30,872 nt of DNA, taken from positions 1 to 30,872 of IMG/VR virus record IMGVR_UViG_3300012665_000072. The stretch is one strand, 5' to 3'. Below are positions 1 through 9,222 of the stretch, piece by piece (within the stretch, counting starts at the first letter, position 1; the number at the start of each line of letters is the position of its first letter). Source of the DNA: a virus (taxonomy: Duplodnaviria > Caudoviricetes). The position numbers and the translations under genes were made by a program. The notes beneath the pieces were generated by a model, which saw nothing but the letters and a program-made list of their open reading frames with translations, ran no database searches and was not told where the DNA came from.

Positions 1-2
1 AT

Positions 3-1133
3 GGCACAAACCTATTTTATACGGGTAGCACATCTCAAGTCATCAACTTTTGGGGTTCTCAACTTGTCGAAGGCACAACAGCGAAGGACTACCAAAAAAC
101 GGAAACACGCCTAAACATCCCACGACTTGACTACTCAAACGGTACTTGTCCAAGTTTGTTAGTAGAACCTCAGAGGACTAATAGTGTTCTTTATAGCAAT
201 AAGATTAGTGACTCAACTTGGCTGAAATTTTTTGACAATGGTGGTTCAGCTCCTATCATTACTGATAATTATGCGATAAGCCCCGATGGTTTACAAAACG
301 CACAGCGCATACAATTAACAAGAACAAATACAGCTAATTCATATTCTTACATTCTTCAAAATATTACGGGTATTGTTGGACAATCTTATACTTGGAGTGT
401 GTGGTTAAAGTCCTTAAGCGGAACGCCATCAGTAGCTTTATCAAATGTTGGCAGTTCTTATTCAAATATTGTAACGCTTTCCAATGAATGGGAAAGATAC
501 GAATTTACAGCAACTGCCGTTGGTACGGGTTTACAAGCTATGTTTTTAATATTTGAAGCTATACCATCAACCTCTTTAACAGCTGACTTTTTAGCATACG
601 GATTCCAATTAGAACTTGGAAGTTATGCAACATCCTACATCCCTACAACCTCTGCAAGTGTAACACGCAACGCAGACGTAATATCAAAGACGGGAATTAG
701 TTCGCTTATCGGTCAAACGGAGGGAACAATGCTTTGCGACATTTACAACACCACGAATTCCAATTTCGGAATAGTATTGAGTCAAACTTTAGGAGACTAC
801 ACAAATAGCATTTACTTTTTTAATGTAGGTCTTTCTAATCAATTTGTTGCTGAAGTGTTTACGGGTGGTGCTATACAAATGGCATACGCTAAAGGAAGTT
901 CACTTTCAATAGGTAGAAATAAGATAGCAATCACTTATAAAAACAATGACTTTGCAGTAGCCTTGAATGGGGTTGTAGTTTGGGCAGATACTTTAGGAAG
1001 TGTACCGACTACAAATAACTTGGACTTTGCTGATGCTGGAATAGGCACAAACTATGCTTATGAAGTCAATGCAGTCGCCCTTTGGAAAACTCGCCTTACA
1101 AATACTCAACTCGCACAACTTACAACGATATGA
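3..1133 (+). CDS. Head spike/fibre-type structural protein with carbohydrate-binding-like and C-terminal LamG/ConA-like domains (5'-truncated by the window)
   Basis: The frame is open from position 3 (GTNLFYTGSTSQVINFWGSQLVEG...), so the track's TTG start at 156 is not the real start. It contains PRLDYSNGTCPSLLVEPQRTN and YGFQLELGSYATSYIPTTSASVTRNAD, motifs typical of phage spike/fibre proteins. The C-terminus is beta-rich and ends ...WKTRLTNTQLAQLTTI. Confidence 0.7.
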   Translation, partial: GTNLFYTGSTSQVINFWGSQLVEGTTAKDYQKTETRLNIPRLDYSNGTCPSLLVEPQRTNSVLYSNKISDSTWLKFFDNGGSAPIITDNYAISPDGLQNAQRIQLTRTNTANSYSYILQNITGIVGQSYTWSVWLKSLSGTPSVALSNVGSSYSNIVTLSNEWERYEFTATAVGTGLQAMFLIFEAIPSTSLTADFLAYGFQLELGSYATSYIPTTSASVTRNADVISKTGISSLIGQTEGTMLCDIYNTTNSNFGIVLSQTLGDYTNSIYFFNVGLSNQFVAEVFTGGAIQMAYAKGSSLSIGRNKIAITYKNNDFAVALNGVVVWADTLGSVPTTNNLDFADAGIGTNYAYEVNAVALWKTRLTNTQLAQLTTI

Positions 1134-1483
1134 TTTATAAGCTAACATACGAAAACAAGGAACAAGCAACCGCAGACCTAACAGCTAAGGGGATCTTAGT
1201 TGAGGTTACATTCCAAGAACAAACGCACGAAGCATACGGAGAAGGTGTGGCTGCGGTTGTAGAAATTGGTCTCATCATGATTGAGCCACCGGTAATGGAT
1301 GGTATGACAATCGTTACACCGCCTGTATACGCAGAAGGTTATCACTATGATGTAATGTCAGACAATGAGTATGACTTTGGTGCTAATCTTGTAGACCCAA
1401 AAAATCCTAAACACGCATTCGCGGGACACGCAACAACAGAAGAGGTATATCCATATGAGCCAACAATATCAGCAGAAGTTTAG
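1130..1483 (+). CDS. Small acidic fibre-associated protein (117 aa, MIYKLTYENKEQ...)
   Basis: ATG at 1130 overlaps the upstream TGA (ATGA coupling), which is a better start than the track's 1082. Motifs GYHYDVMSD and PKNPKHAFAG are present. Function is inferred only from its position after a fibre gene. Confidence 0.6.
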   Translation: MIYKLTYENKEQATADLTAKGILVEVTFQEQTHEAYGEGVAAVVEIGLIMIEPPVMDGMTIVTPPVYAEGYHYDVMSDNEYDFGANLVDPKNPKHAFAGHATTEEVYPYEPTISAEV

Positions 1484-1793
1484 TAACTATGGATCATTAG
1501 CTTTAATAGGGACCGCTATTCATGAGGCTCCAGCTAATAATTCATCGACAGTTAATTCTATAAGATTTAACAATGCTTCTGCATGCTCTATAAGTTTGTC
1601 TCACTATAAATACTTGACATCAACTACTAGTCACATATACACTGTCAATCTCTCAGCTGGAGATATAATGACAGACACATTCCCATTCTTCCTAAATGCT
1701 GGAGATAAATTGATTGCAACTCCTTCAGCTATTGGCACATCATTTACCATAGAGGGAGAAAATGGGCCAAACCTAGGAGTTAGATGCAAATAG
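1455..1793 (+). CDS. Hypothetical beta-rich structural protein (112 aa)
   Basis: ATG-started ORF overlapping both neighbours. Alternating hydrophobic pattern, with the motif FPFFLNAGDKLIAT. Confidence 0.55.
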   Translation: MSQQYQQKFSNYGSLALIGTAIHEAPANNSSTVNSIRFNNASACSISLSHYKYLTSTTSHIYTVNLSAGDIMTDTFPFFLNAGDKLIATPSAIGTSFTIEGENGPNLGVRCK

Positions 1794-2464
1794 TAGATAG
1801 ATACGGAATTGTTCATGGAGTTGATAGAATACAGATCAACAGTATAGATGGAAGGGAAAAACCATCTACTACAAATTATGGCTTGTTTACTCAAACGGCA
1901 AAAAGTGTTCCTGTTACAAATAGCACAACTGAGCAGTCATTAATCTATGTAAACTTTGAGCAGAGGGTAATTAACGGTGGAGGTGTTGTTGAGTCAATGT
2001 CTTGTATGGATCCTGAGCTTAGAAACTACGGAAGTGTTGGATCTTTAACTGTGCCTGCAAATGGATTTAGAGTTGGCGACAGTTTTCGCGCGGTACTTAC
2101 GGGCCATATATCTTCTTTAAACAACCACACGCTTCATATACGCATTAAAACAGATAGCATTGCTCTAGTAGATACAGGTGTAATAACAATGCCAGCAACA
2201 ACTGGTAAGCATTGGAAGTTAGATGTTGACTTTACTGTTAGAGCTATTGGACCATCGGGAGTTGCGGCAATAGCTTCAGGTGGATCATTTGTATATACTA
2301 AAAATGCGTCTAATGCATTTGAGGGGACTAATTTTAGCACGGAGCTAACAACCGGTTTTGATACGACTATAAGCAACACGTTAGAAATAACAGCTCAATG
2401 GGGAACTGCAAGTGCTAGTGACTCGATATACTCTGAAATATTCACATTAACAAAAACATTCTGA
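1784..2464 (+). CDS. Hypothetical virion/fibre protein (226 aa, beta-sandwich)
   Basis: S/T/G-rich and beta-rich (GSLTVPANGFRVGDSFR; FDTTISNTLEITAQWG). Its stop overlaps the next ATG (TGATG). Confidence 0.55.
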   Translation: MQIVDRYGIVHGVDRIQINSIDGREKPSTTNYGLFTQTAKSVPVTNSTTEQSLIYVNFEQRVINGGGVVESMSCMDPELRNYGSVGSLTVPANGFRVGDSFRAVLTGHISSLNNHTLHIRIKTDSIALVDTGVITMPATTGKHWKLDVDFTVRAIGPSGVAAIASGGSFVYTKNASNAFEGTNFSTELTTGFDTTISNTLEITAQWGTASASDSIYSEIFTLTKTF

Positions 2465-2889
2465 TGAGATACTTACTGATCATATTACTGCTTGCTTCAT
2501 GCAGCCCGACGAAGAGATTCAACCGATTAATCGAGAAGTATCCTTATCTGATTACTTCAGACACTGTGGTGATCAGAGATACCATTACTCTATACGTCCC
2601 TGAGGTGCATACAGACACTGTGGTAACGTTAAAGGAACTTACTGACACCATTACTATCACTAACGAGAGAGTAACGGTAAAAGCATGGTACGTTCCAAAG
2701 GAAAAGAAGGTATATATCCAAGGAAAATGTGATCCTATTTACATCACTAAAATCGTTGATAGGAAGATACCGGTTAAGTATTATGAGAAGTATCCGTTTT
2801 GGAAGAAGCTAGTCAACAACATTTTAGCTTTTTTAATTATCTTTGTTATACTTTATACAGGGTATAGAATACTTAAAACATCGATATGA
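2464..2889 (+). CDS. Lipoprotein with C-terminal transmembrane helix; putative unimolecular spanin
   Basis: Signal peptide II MRYLLIILLLAS-C13, a beta-rich middle (DTVVIRDTITL, DTVVTLKELTDTITI) and a C-terminal hydrophobic helix ILAFLIIFVILYTGY. It lies directly upstream of the holin and endolysin. Confidence 0.65.
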   Translation: MRYLLIILLLASCSPTKRFNRLIEKYPYLITSDTVVIRDTITLYVPEVHTDTVVTLKELTDTITITNERVTVKAWYVPKEKKVYIQGKCDPIYITKIVDRKIPVKYYEKYPFWKKLVNNILAFLIIFVILYTGYRILKTSI

Positions 2890-3335
2890 AAACTAATACC
2901 ATAATCATTTTGTCAAGCTTTATCACGCTATTCGCGCCAATCGGACCATTGGTCACAATTGCATTAATTTCTATCGGCTTTGACTTCGGGTTTGGTATTT
3001 GGAGATCTATTAAGAGCAGACGCAAGGCAGGATCAACTGCTAAGGTAGGCGATATTATAACTAGTCAAAAGATGCTGGCTACTGGAATTAAATGTTTGAT
3101 TTATGCAGCAGCTATTGCATTCTTCTACTTGGTAGAGAAGTATATCGCTGGAGACATCATATCTCACTTCATATCAATCAATCTTTTACTTACCAAAGCA
3201 ATCGCATTGTTCTTTGTATTCATCGAAGTTAAGAGCATGAACGAGAGCTACAAAGATATTACCGGTAAAGACATACTAAAATCTTTTAGAGACTTTATAA
3301 CCGGACTTAAGAGCGAAAGCGATAAATGGCGATAA
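2886..3335 (+). CDS. Phage holin
   Basis: 149 aa with about three hydrophobic segments, a FDFGFGIWRS motif, FIEVKSMNE and a charged C-terminus. It is immediately upstream of the amidase. Confidence 0.75.
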   Translation: MKTNTIIILSSFITLFAPIGPLVTIALISIGFDFGFGIWRSIKSRRKAGSTAKVGDIITSQKMLATGIKCLIYAAAIAFFYLVEKYIAGDIISHFISINLLLTKAIALFFVFIEVKSMNESYKDITGKDILKSFRDFITGLKSESDKWR

Positions 3336-3336
3336 T

Positions 3337-4011
3337 ATGAAACTACCATCTAACATCAAGCAGGTCCCTATGAAGGACTCTCAGTACATTAAGACTGAGA
3401 CAAAGAAGAGCATGATCGTATTACATCACACTGCTGGAAACAGCTCAGGTGTAGGTACAATTAAGATGTGGGACAATGACGATAGAGGTCGTATTGCTAC
3501 ATGTGTAGTTATCTCAGGTAAAGGCCAATCGAAAGATACATATGACGGAGAGATCTGTCAGGCGTTCAGCTCAAAGTATTGGGGGTATCACTTAGGTCTT
3601 AAGCAAGACATCTTCAGAGCGAAGGGTGTTCCTTACAAATCAATTGACCCAATGTGTGTGGCTGTTGAGATATGTAACTGGGGACCGTTGACTAAGAAGG
3701 GTGATAAGTTCTACAACTATGTGAGCAGAGAAGTTCCGATTGATCAAGTATGTGAGCTAGACAAGCCATATAAAGGACGCAAGTACTACCATGCATACAC
3801 AGACGCTCAGATTGAATCTCTGCGTCAATTGATGTTGTACTGGGCAGAATTATATAAGATTGATCTGACGTATCGAGAAGAAGATATGTGGGACATTTCA
3901 GTAAGAGGGTTAAAGGGAGAGAACGGTGTATATAGCCACAACTCATTCCGCAAGGATAAGTCTGACATCTACCCATGTCCACGAATGATCGCTATGCTTA
4001 AGAGCCTTTAA
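3337..4011 (+). CDS. N-acetylmuramoyl-L-alanine amidase (Amidase_2 family) endolysin
   Basis: Zn-amidase motifs IVLHHTAG, WGYHLG, VAVEICNWG, YTDAQIESL and YSHNSFRKDKSDIYP. Confidence 0.88.
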   Translation: MKLPSNIKQVPMKDSQYIKTETKKSMIVLHHTAGNSSGVGTIKMWDNDDRGRIATCVVISGKGQSKDTYDGEICQAFSSKYWGYHLGLKQDIFRAKGVPYKSIDPMCVAVEICNWGPLTKKGDKFYNYVSREVPIDQVCELDKPYKGRKYYHAYTDAQIESLRQLMLYWAELYKIDLTYREEDMWDISVRGLKGENGVYSHNSFRKDKSDIYPCPRMIAMLKSL

Positions 4012-4022
4012 TTATTTTTTAG

Positions 4023-4030
4023 TAAATTTG
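4023..4030 (+). promoter_or_regulatory. Bacteroidota -7 promoter element TAAATTTG
   Basis: Matches TAnnTTTG in the 23-nt gap after the endolysin. The ATG follows 4 nt later, at 4035. Confidence 0.7.
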
Positions 4031-4034
4031 TGAT

Positions 4035-4436
4035 ATGAAAGTAAATAACTATAACGTAGTAGCACCAAATGTTAATTGTACCGTATTCGGTACAAATGAA
4101 AATGGAGATCAAAAGAACTTCAATGTACAAGCTTTATTGGCATTAAATGCTACGCCTGAGGTTGTTACTACAAACTTATTGACTTCTTTCACTATTACAA
4201 AGACTAACACATACTTCACAGGAACGGCAGGAGCATCATTTGCGATTACTCTTCCTGCATCTAACTCAAATTTAGATGGTGCTAAGTATGTCGTAATGGC
4301 AACAGCTACCCGTGCAACAACAACATGGATATCAGGAGGCGCTACATTTGTAGGCGCTCCAGCAACATTAACAGCAAACACGCCAGTGTGTTTCCAATAT
4401 AACCACGCCGACGCAACTTGGTACATATCTTTATAA
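4035..4436 (+). CDS. Hypothetical structural/fibre protein (133 aa)
   Basis: T/A-rich beta protein with an ITLPAS motif, ending FQYNHADATWYISL as in small fibre tip domains. Confidence 0.55.
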   Translation: MKVNNYNVVAPNVNCTVFGTNENGDQKNFNVQALLALNATPEVVTTNLLTSFTITKTNTYFTGTAGASFAITLPASNSNLDGAKYVVMATATRATTTWISGGATFVGAPATLTANTPVCFQYNHADATWYISL

Positions 4437-4439
4437 ATT

Positions 4440-4871
4440 ATGGCAATAATTCCAATTGGGCAAAAATTCCACACAATAGCATCAAACGTTCAGACGGTTG
4501 AGCGTGGATCATCATTAGTAAATGCTCAGAAAAACATTTACACTATGCAGGATATTAGCGACAGTCTTTCTGTTTTGCAGTCTATAACTGTAACTAGCGC
4601 TAGTCAAAATGTTAATGCATTAAATGGAAATATTACTGCACTATTAATGCAGTCGTCTACTACTGTTACTTTATCTAATTTCGCTGTAGGTGTATACATA
4701 TTAAAGATAACACAAGGAGGTTCAGGTAGCTACACAATAACATGGCCTGCAAGTGTAAAATGGAGTGGTGGAACTACACCAACATTAACAACTACAGTAG
4801 GTAAAACTGACGTTATTACATTGTTCTACGATGGAGTAAATTTCTATGGAGCTGTTTCATTAAACTACTAA
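4440..4871 (+). CDS. Short fibre-like protein (143 aa)
   Basis: The C-terminal module YILKITQGGSGSYTITWPASVKWSGGTTPTLTTTVGKTDVITLFYDGVNFYG is typical of phage fibre C-termini. Confidence 0.65.
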   Translation: MAIIPIGQKFHTIASNVQTVERGSSLVNAQKNIYTMQDISDSLSVLQSITVTSASQNVNALNGNITALLMQSSTTVTLSNFAVGVYILKITQGGSGSYTITWPASVKWSGGTTPTLTTTVGKTDVITLFYDGVNFYGAVSLNY

Positions 4872-4872
4872 T

Positions 4873-5715
4873 ATGATATTTCCATTTAGTTTTCTAAAGC
4901 CTCAGACTACAACAACCACTACTACCACAGCAGCTTTCGACCCTGCTGCACAAGCATTCATTACAGCTGCCGGGATAACTGATCCTACACAACAATCTGC
5001 TATTAATAATCTTGTGATTGGATTAAAAGCTGATGGACTTTGGACAAACATGACAGCTATATATCCATTTGTTGGAGGGACTGCAACTACACACAAATAC
5101 AATTTAAAAGACCCTAGGGATTTAGATGCTGCATATCGTTTATCTTTTAGTGGTGGTTGGACTCACAACGCAAATGGAATTACAGGAAATGGTGTTAATT
5201 CATATGCAGATACATTTAGTTTTTCATCTAGAACAATAGGTGTTTATTCTAGAGTTAATGGAAAATTTTTAGGACAAACCGCAGCATTTGAGGATGGCGA
5301 TGGAAATATGGGTAATTATCTTGGATTTGAAATGTCTGGAAATATTTTATTGGTAAATAATAATGGTATAAATATAAGTGGTTCTCCATTTACTAAAATG
5401 TATACTATTGTAGACTCTGATAGTTTTAATGCGAATTCACTTAAAGTTTATAGAAATGGAGTTGATACTTTAACATCGTCTCCAGCATATGCTACTCCAT
5501 GGTCTAAATCAATTAATTATGTTTTAGGTGCAACTCGGTATGCTGAGTATGGTTATAATATGTACCCAACACCTAATACAGTCTTTGAATCAGGATTTGG
5601 AACTGCAAATATAGCTTTGGCTTGCTTTAGTGATAGTATGTTTACTGCTTTACAAGCGGCTAATTTAAATACAAGAGTAGTAGCATTTCAAACTGCATTA
5701 AGTAGACAAGTATAA
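4873..5715 (+). CDS. Putative receptor/glycan-binding virion protein (ConA/LamG-like) with N-terminal Thr8 tract
   Basis: N-terminus MIFPFSFLKPQ-TTTTTTTT-AAFDPAAQAFITAAGITD, then AIYPFVGGTA, a beta-rich core (LKVYRNGV) and a C-terminal helix AFQTALSRQV. Confidence 0.6.
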   Translation: MIFPFSFLKPQTTTTTTTTAAFDPAAQAFITAAGITDPTQQSAINNLVIGLKADGLWTNMTAIYPFVGGTATTHKYNLKDPRDLDAAYRLSFSGGWTHNANGITGNGVNSYADTFSFSSRTIGVYSRVNGKFLGQTAAFEDGDGNMGNYLGFEMSGNILLVNNNGINISGSPFTKMYTIVDSDSFNANSLKVYRNGVDTLTSSPAYATPWSKSINYVLGATRYAEYGYNMYPTPNTVFESGFGTANIALACFSDSMFTALQAANLNTRVVAFQTALSRQV

Positions 5716-5724
5716 AATAATTAT

Positions 5725-5732
5725 TACCTTTA
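5725..5732 (+). promoter_or_regulatory. Possible variant -7 promoter element TACCTTTA
   Basis: One mismatch to TAnnTTTG, in an intergenic gap at the boundary between the fibre and packaging modules. It is followed by the leader CATCAAATTAAATAAA-ATG. Confidence 0.4.
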
Positions 5733-5748
5733 CATCAAATTAAATAAA

Positions 5749-5988
5749 ATGGAAAAGAAAATCAAACAAGAACAGTTAGATCGATTGATCGATGCTAACA
5801 GAAAATTTAGAGACCTTAAGTTCAACATTGCAGACATCGAGATTAATTTCGAGCGTTTGAAAGTTCAGAAGGCTCAGTCAATGGCGAATATTGAAATCGC
5901 TGCTCACGACCTATCTTCCGTTCAGGAGGAAATATACAACGAGTATGGTGACGTACAAGTAAACCTTCAAACAGGTGAATTTAATTAG
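5749..5988 (+). CDS. Small coiled-coil hypothetical protein (79 aa)
   Basis: Helical heptad pattern ending EYGDVQVNLQTGE, with an A-rich start context. Confidence 0.7.
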   Translation: MEKKIKQEQLDRLIDANRKFRDLKFNIADIEINFERLKVQKAQSMANIEIAAHDLSSVQEEIYNEYGDVQVNLQTGEFN

Positions 5989-6196
5989 AAAGATATCTGT
6001 TGGTCCTGACTACATGAAGTGCATGCACTACGTTGTAGGACAACGCGTTCTCCGAGACGAGTATGAGATCGAGTCTATTATCAAGAACGATGATGGATCT
6101 ATTTCTATTTGGATCATGCAGGATGGCGCGATTGTTTGTTGGAAAAACTTCTCGGCCAATATGCCAATCTCAACAGAATACAAAATAGATTTCTAA
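5975..6196 (+). CDS. Hypothetical phage protein (73 aa, GTG start)
   Basis: LIRKISVGPDYMKCMHYVVGQ...WKNFSANMPISTEY. It overlaps both neighbours, with a TAATG junction to the next gene. Confidence 0.7.
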   Translation: MNLIRKISVGPDYMKCMHYVVGQRVLRDEYEIESIIKNDDGSISIWIMQDGAIVCWKNFSANMPISTEYKIDF

Positions 6197-6753
6197 TGAA
6201 AGCTCCCTACTGCTTCATCATAAAGCCGGTTGGCTTGAGGCGGTACGACAACATAAGACAATTCGGAGACTCCGAGTTTATTATTAGTACCTCTCAGGAA
6301 GACCATCGCGTATCCAATAGATTCGCTGAGGTTATCTCCGTGCCTATGTATTACGATGGTCCAATACAAGCAGGTGACACTGTGTGTGTTCACCACAACG
6401 TGTTTAAGTTCTACTACGATATGAAGGGTAGACAACGTAGTAGTTGGCATCACCTATCAGAAGACTTATTTATTGCTGAGCCTGATCAGATTTACCTATT
6501 TAAAAGAGGTGAAGAGTGGCAGGCACCTGAACCATTTGTATTTGTTAGACCAATCGAATCGGAAGATCGGATGTTTAATCAAACAGGCGGCCTAGAGCAA
6601 ATGTGGGGTGAGTTGGTTTACAAGAACGACAAGCTAGAAGAGGTTGAGCAAGGTGATATAGTATCATACATGCCTGACTGCGAGTATGAGTTTAAGATTG
6701 ACGATGAGATTCTTTACCGAATGTATAACCGGAACATATGTCTAAAAAAATAG
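6196..6753 (+). CDS. GroES-like co-chaperonin with two tandem GroES-like units (185 aa)
   Basis: The real start is the ATG at 6196 (TAATG overlap), not 6109. Two similar units are visible: FIIKPV...AEVISVP...IQAGDTVCV and VFVRPI...GELVYKN...VEQGDIVSY...EFKIDDEILYRM. Confidence 0.65.
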   Translation: MKAPYCFIIKPVGLRRYDNIRQFGDSEFIISTSQEDHRVSNRFAEVISVPMYYDGPIQAGDTVCVHHNVFKFYYDMKGRQRSSWHHLSEDLFIAEPDQIYLFKRGEEWQAPEPFVFVRPIESEDRMFNQTGGLEQMWGELVYKNDKLEEVEQGDIVSYMPDCEYEFKIDDEILYRMYNRNICLKK

Positions 6754-7013
6754 AGATTGTAGAAGCAGCTAAGCAAGCGATTGATGAGCTGATCAAAGTA
6801 TTAAAGTCTCCAATCATTACTCACGCTGAGGACGATATATCGGCCGATAAGATGAAGAACGCTGCGTCAGCTAAACGTTTGGCATTTGAGGATGCTATGT
6901 ATATGCTCACAAAGATTGAGGAGGAGGAGACTAAGCGAGACCAACCAGCTGAAGTAACGGCAGGTAAAGGCGGATGGGCTGAGGGAAGAGCGAAGATAAG
7001 AAATGGAAAATAA
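6738..7013 (+). CDS. Putative terminase small subunit (91 aa)
   Basis: Small helical protein (ADKMKNAASAKRLAFEDA; GWAEGRAK) overlapping the terL start. The call is positional. Confidence 0.5.
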   Translation: MSKKIEIVEAAKQAIDELIKVLKSPIITHAEDDISADKMKNAASAKRLAFEDAMYMLTKIEEEETKRDQPAEVTAGKGGWAEGRAKIRNGK

Positions 7014-9222
7014 GCTATATTCCATATTAAGCAACTATGTGCAGCGTCAAGCTGTAGTAGCCAAGAACAAGAATAAGTCTTGGAACTATGGGTATCACCC
7101 TGAGTATGACCTAGTGGTTATATCAAAGGATGGAACGATTGGCGATGTATACGAGATAAACGGATTAAGGATTGCTATTCCTGCTACACCAAAAGAATTA
7201 GAGAACACAAACAATAGATGGGTTGCTCAAGAGTATCCTGCTGAACTTCAAAAGATCAAGTCAATATTTGACTGGAACAGAAAGGACAACCTATTCAAAT
7301 CAAAGTATGTCGACAGTATAGAGAAAGAGTTTGACCGACGCGAGCATGGACATTGGTTCATGAACAACGGCAAGCCAACCTATTTGACCGGAACGCACTA
7401 TATGTATTTACAGTGGACCAAGATTGACGTCGGTCTACCTGACTTCCGTGAGTCCAACCGTATATTCTATATATACTGGGAGGCATGTAAAGCTGACAAC
7501 CGTTCGTTTGGTATATGTTACCTAAAGAACCGTCGTTCAGGTTTCTCATTTATGTCTTCATCTGAGACATCAAACCAAGGTACAATTGTCCGTGACGCTC
7601 GTCTTGGAATCCTATCTAAAACAGGATCGGATGCTAAGAAGATGTTTACCGACAAGGTTGTGCCTATTGTAAGAAATTACCCCTTCTTTTTCAAGCCGAT
7701 CCAGGATGGTATGGATAACCCGAAGACGGAGTTAGCCTTCCGAGTTCCTGCGAGTAAGATTACTCGTAAGAACATGGATGAGGAGCGCGAGGATGACATA
7801 GAAGGGTTGGATACTACCATTGACTGGAAGAACACAGCTGACAACAGTTATGATGGTGAGAAGTTATTACTACTTGTACATGACGAGAGCGGAAAATGGG
7901 AGAAGCCTGAGAACATTCTCAATAACTGGCGAGTAACCAAGACGTGTCTCCGATTGGGGTCTAGGATTATTGGTAAGTGTATGATGGGATCAACATCGAA
8001 TGCATTATCAAAAGGTGGTGAGAACTTCAAGAAGCTATTCAACGATAGCGACCCTAGACAACGATCTGCCAATGGTCAGACCAAGTCAGGGCTATATGCG
8101 TTGTTTATTCCTATGGAGTGGAACTACGAGGGTTATATCGATGAGTTCGGTTGGCCGGTATTCGAGGATCCAAAGAAACCTGTGGTTGGTGTAGATAAGG
8201 AGATGATTAGTAATGGCGTTATTACCTATTGGAATAATGAGGTTGCGGCATTAAAGTCTGACTCAGATGCACTCAATGAGTTCTATCGTCAGTTCCCACG
8301 CACAGAGTCACATGCATTTAGGGATGAGTCCAAGCAGTCTTTATTCAACTTGACAAAGATATACCAACAGATTGACTACAACGACTCGATGATTAAGGAT
8401 CGTGTCATTACTAGAGGTTACTTCCATTGGAAAGGCGGAGTTGAAGACAGTGAGGTCATTTGGACGCCTGATCAAAAGGGTAGGTTCTATGTCTCGTGGA
8501 TCCCGGATCAAAGACTAAGGAATCAAATTGTTTACAAGAACGGACGTAAGTTCCCAGCAAATGAGCACTTAGGTGCGTTTGGATGTGACCCCTATGACAT
8601 CTCAGGAGTAGTAGGTGGTGGTGGATCGAATGGTGCACTGCATGGTTTGACTAAGTTCCATATGGAGAAGGCTCCAACGAATGAATTCTTTTTAGAGTAT
8701 GTGGCTAGACCGCAAACAGCAGAGATATTCTTTGAGGAGGTATTGATGGCTTGTATATTCTACGGAATGCCTATCTTACCGGAGAACAATAAGGCCCGGC
8801 TATTGTATCACTTTAAGAATAGGGGATACCGTGGTTATGTATTGAATAGACCCGACAAGCAGACGTTTAAGCTGTCTAAGACCGAATTAGAGCTTGGTGG
8901 AATACCTAACTCATCTGAGGACGTTAAGCAGGCTCACGCGGCAGCTATCGAGTCTTATATCGAGGAGTACGTTGGTTTAGATAACGAAGGAACGTACAGA
9001 GAGTCTGATATTATGGGGTCAATGTATTTTACTAGAACGCTAGAAGATTGGGCTAGATTTGATATAAACAATAGAACTAAGCATGATGCCTCAATCAGTT
9101 CAGGTTTAGCTATTATGGCTACTCGCAAGTATATGTTTACACCAGAGAAGAAGGAATCAAAAATAAGTATTAAATTTGTAAAATACGATAATCGTGGAAA
9201 CAGAAGCGAAATAATAAAATAA
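7003..9222 (+). CDS. terL: Terminase large subunit
   Basis: Walker A-like YLKNRRSGFS, Walker B LLLVHDESGKW, coupling motif MMGSTSN, and RNase H-like nuclease motifs GAFGCDPYD and KHDASISSG. Confidence 0.93.
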   Translation: MENKLYSILSNYVQRQAVVAKNKNKSWNYGYHPEYDLVVISKDGTIGDVYEINGLRIAIPATPKELENTNNRWVAQEYPAELQKIKSIFDWNRKDNLFKSKYVDSIEKEFDRREHGHWFMNNGKPTYLTGTHYMYLQWTKIDVGLPDFRESNRIFYIYWEACKADNRSFGICYLKNRRSGFSFMSSSETSNQGTIVRDARLGILSKTGSDAKKMFTDKVVPIVRNYPFFFKPIQDGMDNPKTELAFRVPASKITRKNMDEEREDDIEGLDTTIDWKNTADNSYDGEKLLLLVHDESGKWEKPENILNNWRVTKTCLRLGSRIIGKCMMGSTSNALSKGGENFKKLFNDSDPRQRSANGQTKSGLYALFIPMEWNYEGYIDEFGWPVFEDPKKPVVGVDKEMISNGVITYWNNEVAALKSDSDALNEFYRQFPRTESHAFRDESKQSLFNLTKIYQQIDYNDSMIKDRVITRGYFHWKGGVEDSEVIWTPDQKGRFYVSWIPDQRLRNQIVYKNGRKFPANEHLGAFGCDPYDISGVVGGGGSNGALHGLTKFHMEKAPTNEFFLEYVARPQTAEIFFEEVLMACIFYGMPILPENNKARLLYHFKNRGYRGYVLNRPDKQTFKLSKTELELGGIPNSSEDVKQAHAAAIESYIEEYVGLDNEGTYRESDIMGSMYFTRTLEDWARFDINNRTKHDASISSGLAIMATRKYMFTPEKKESKISIKFVKYDNRGNRSEIIK

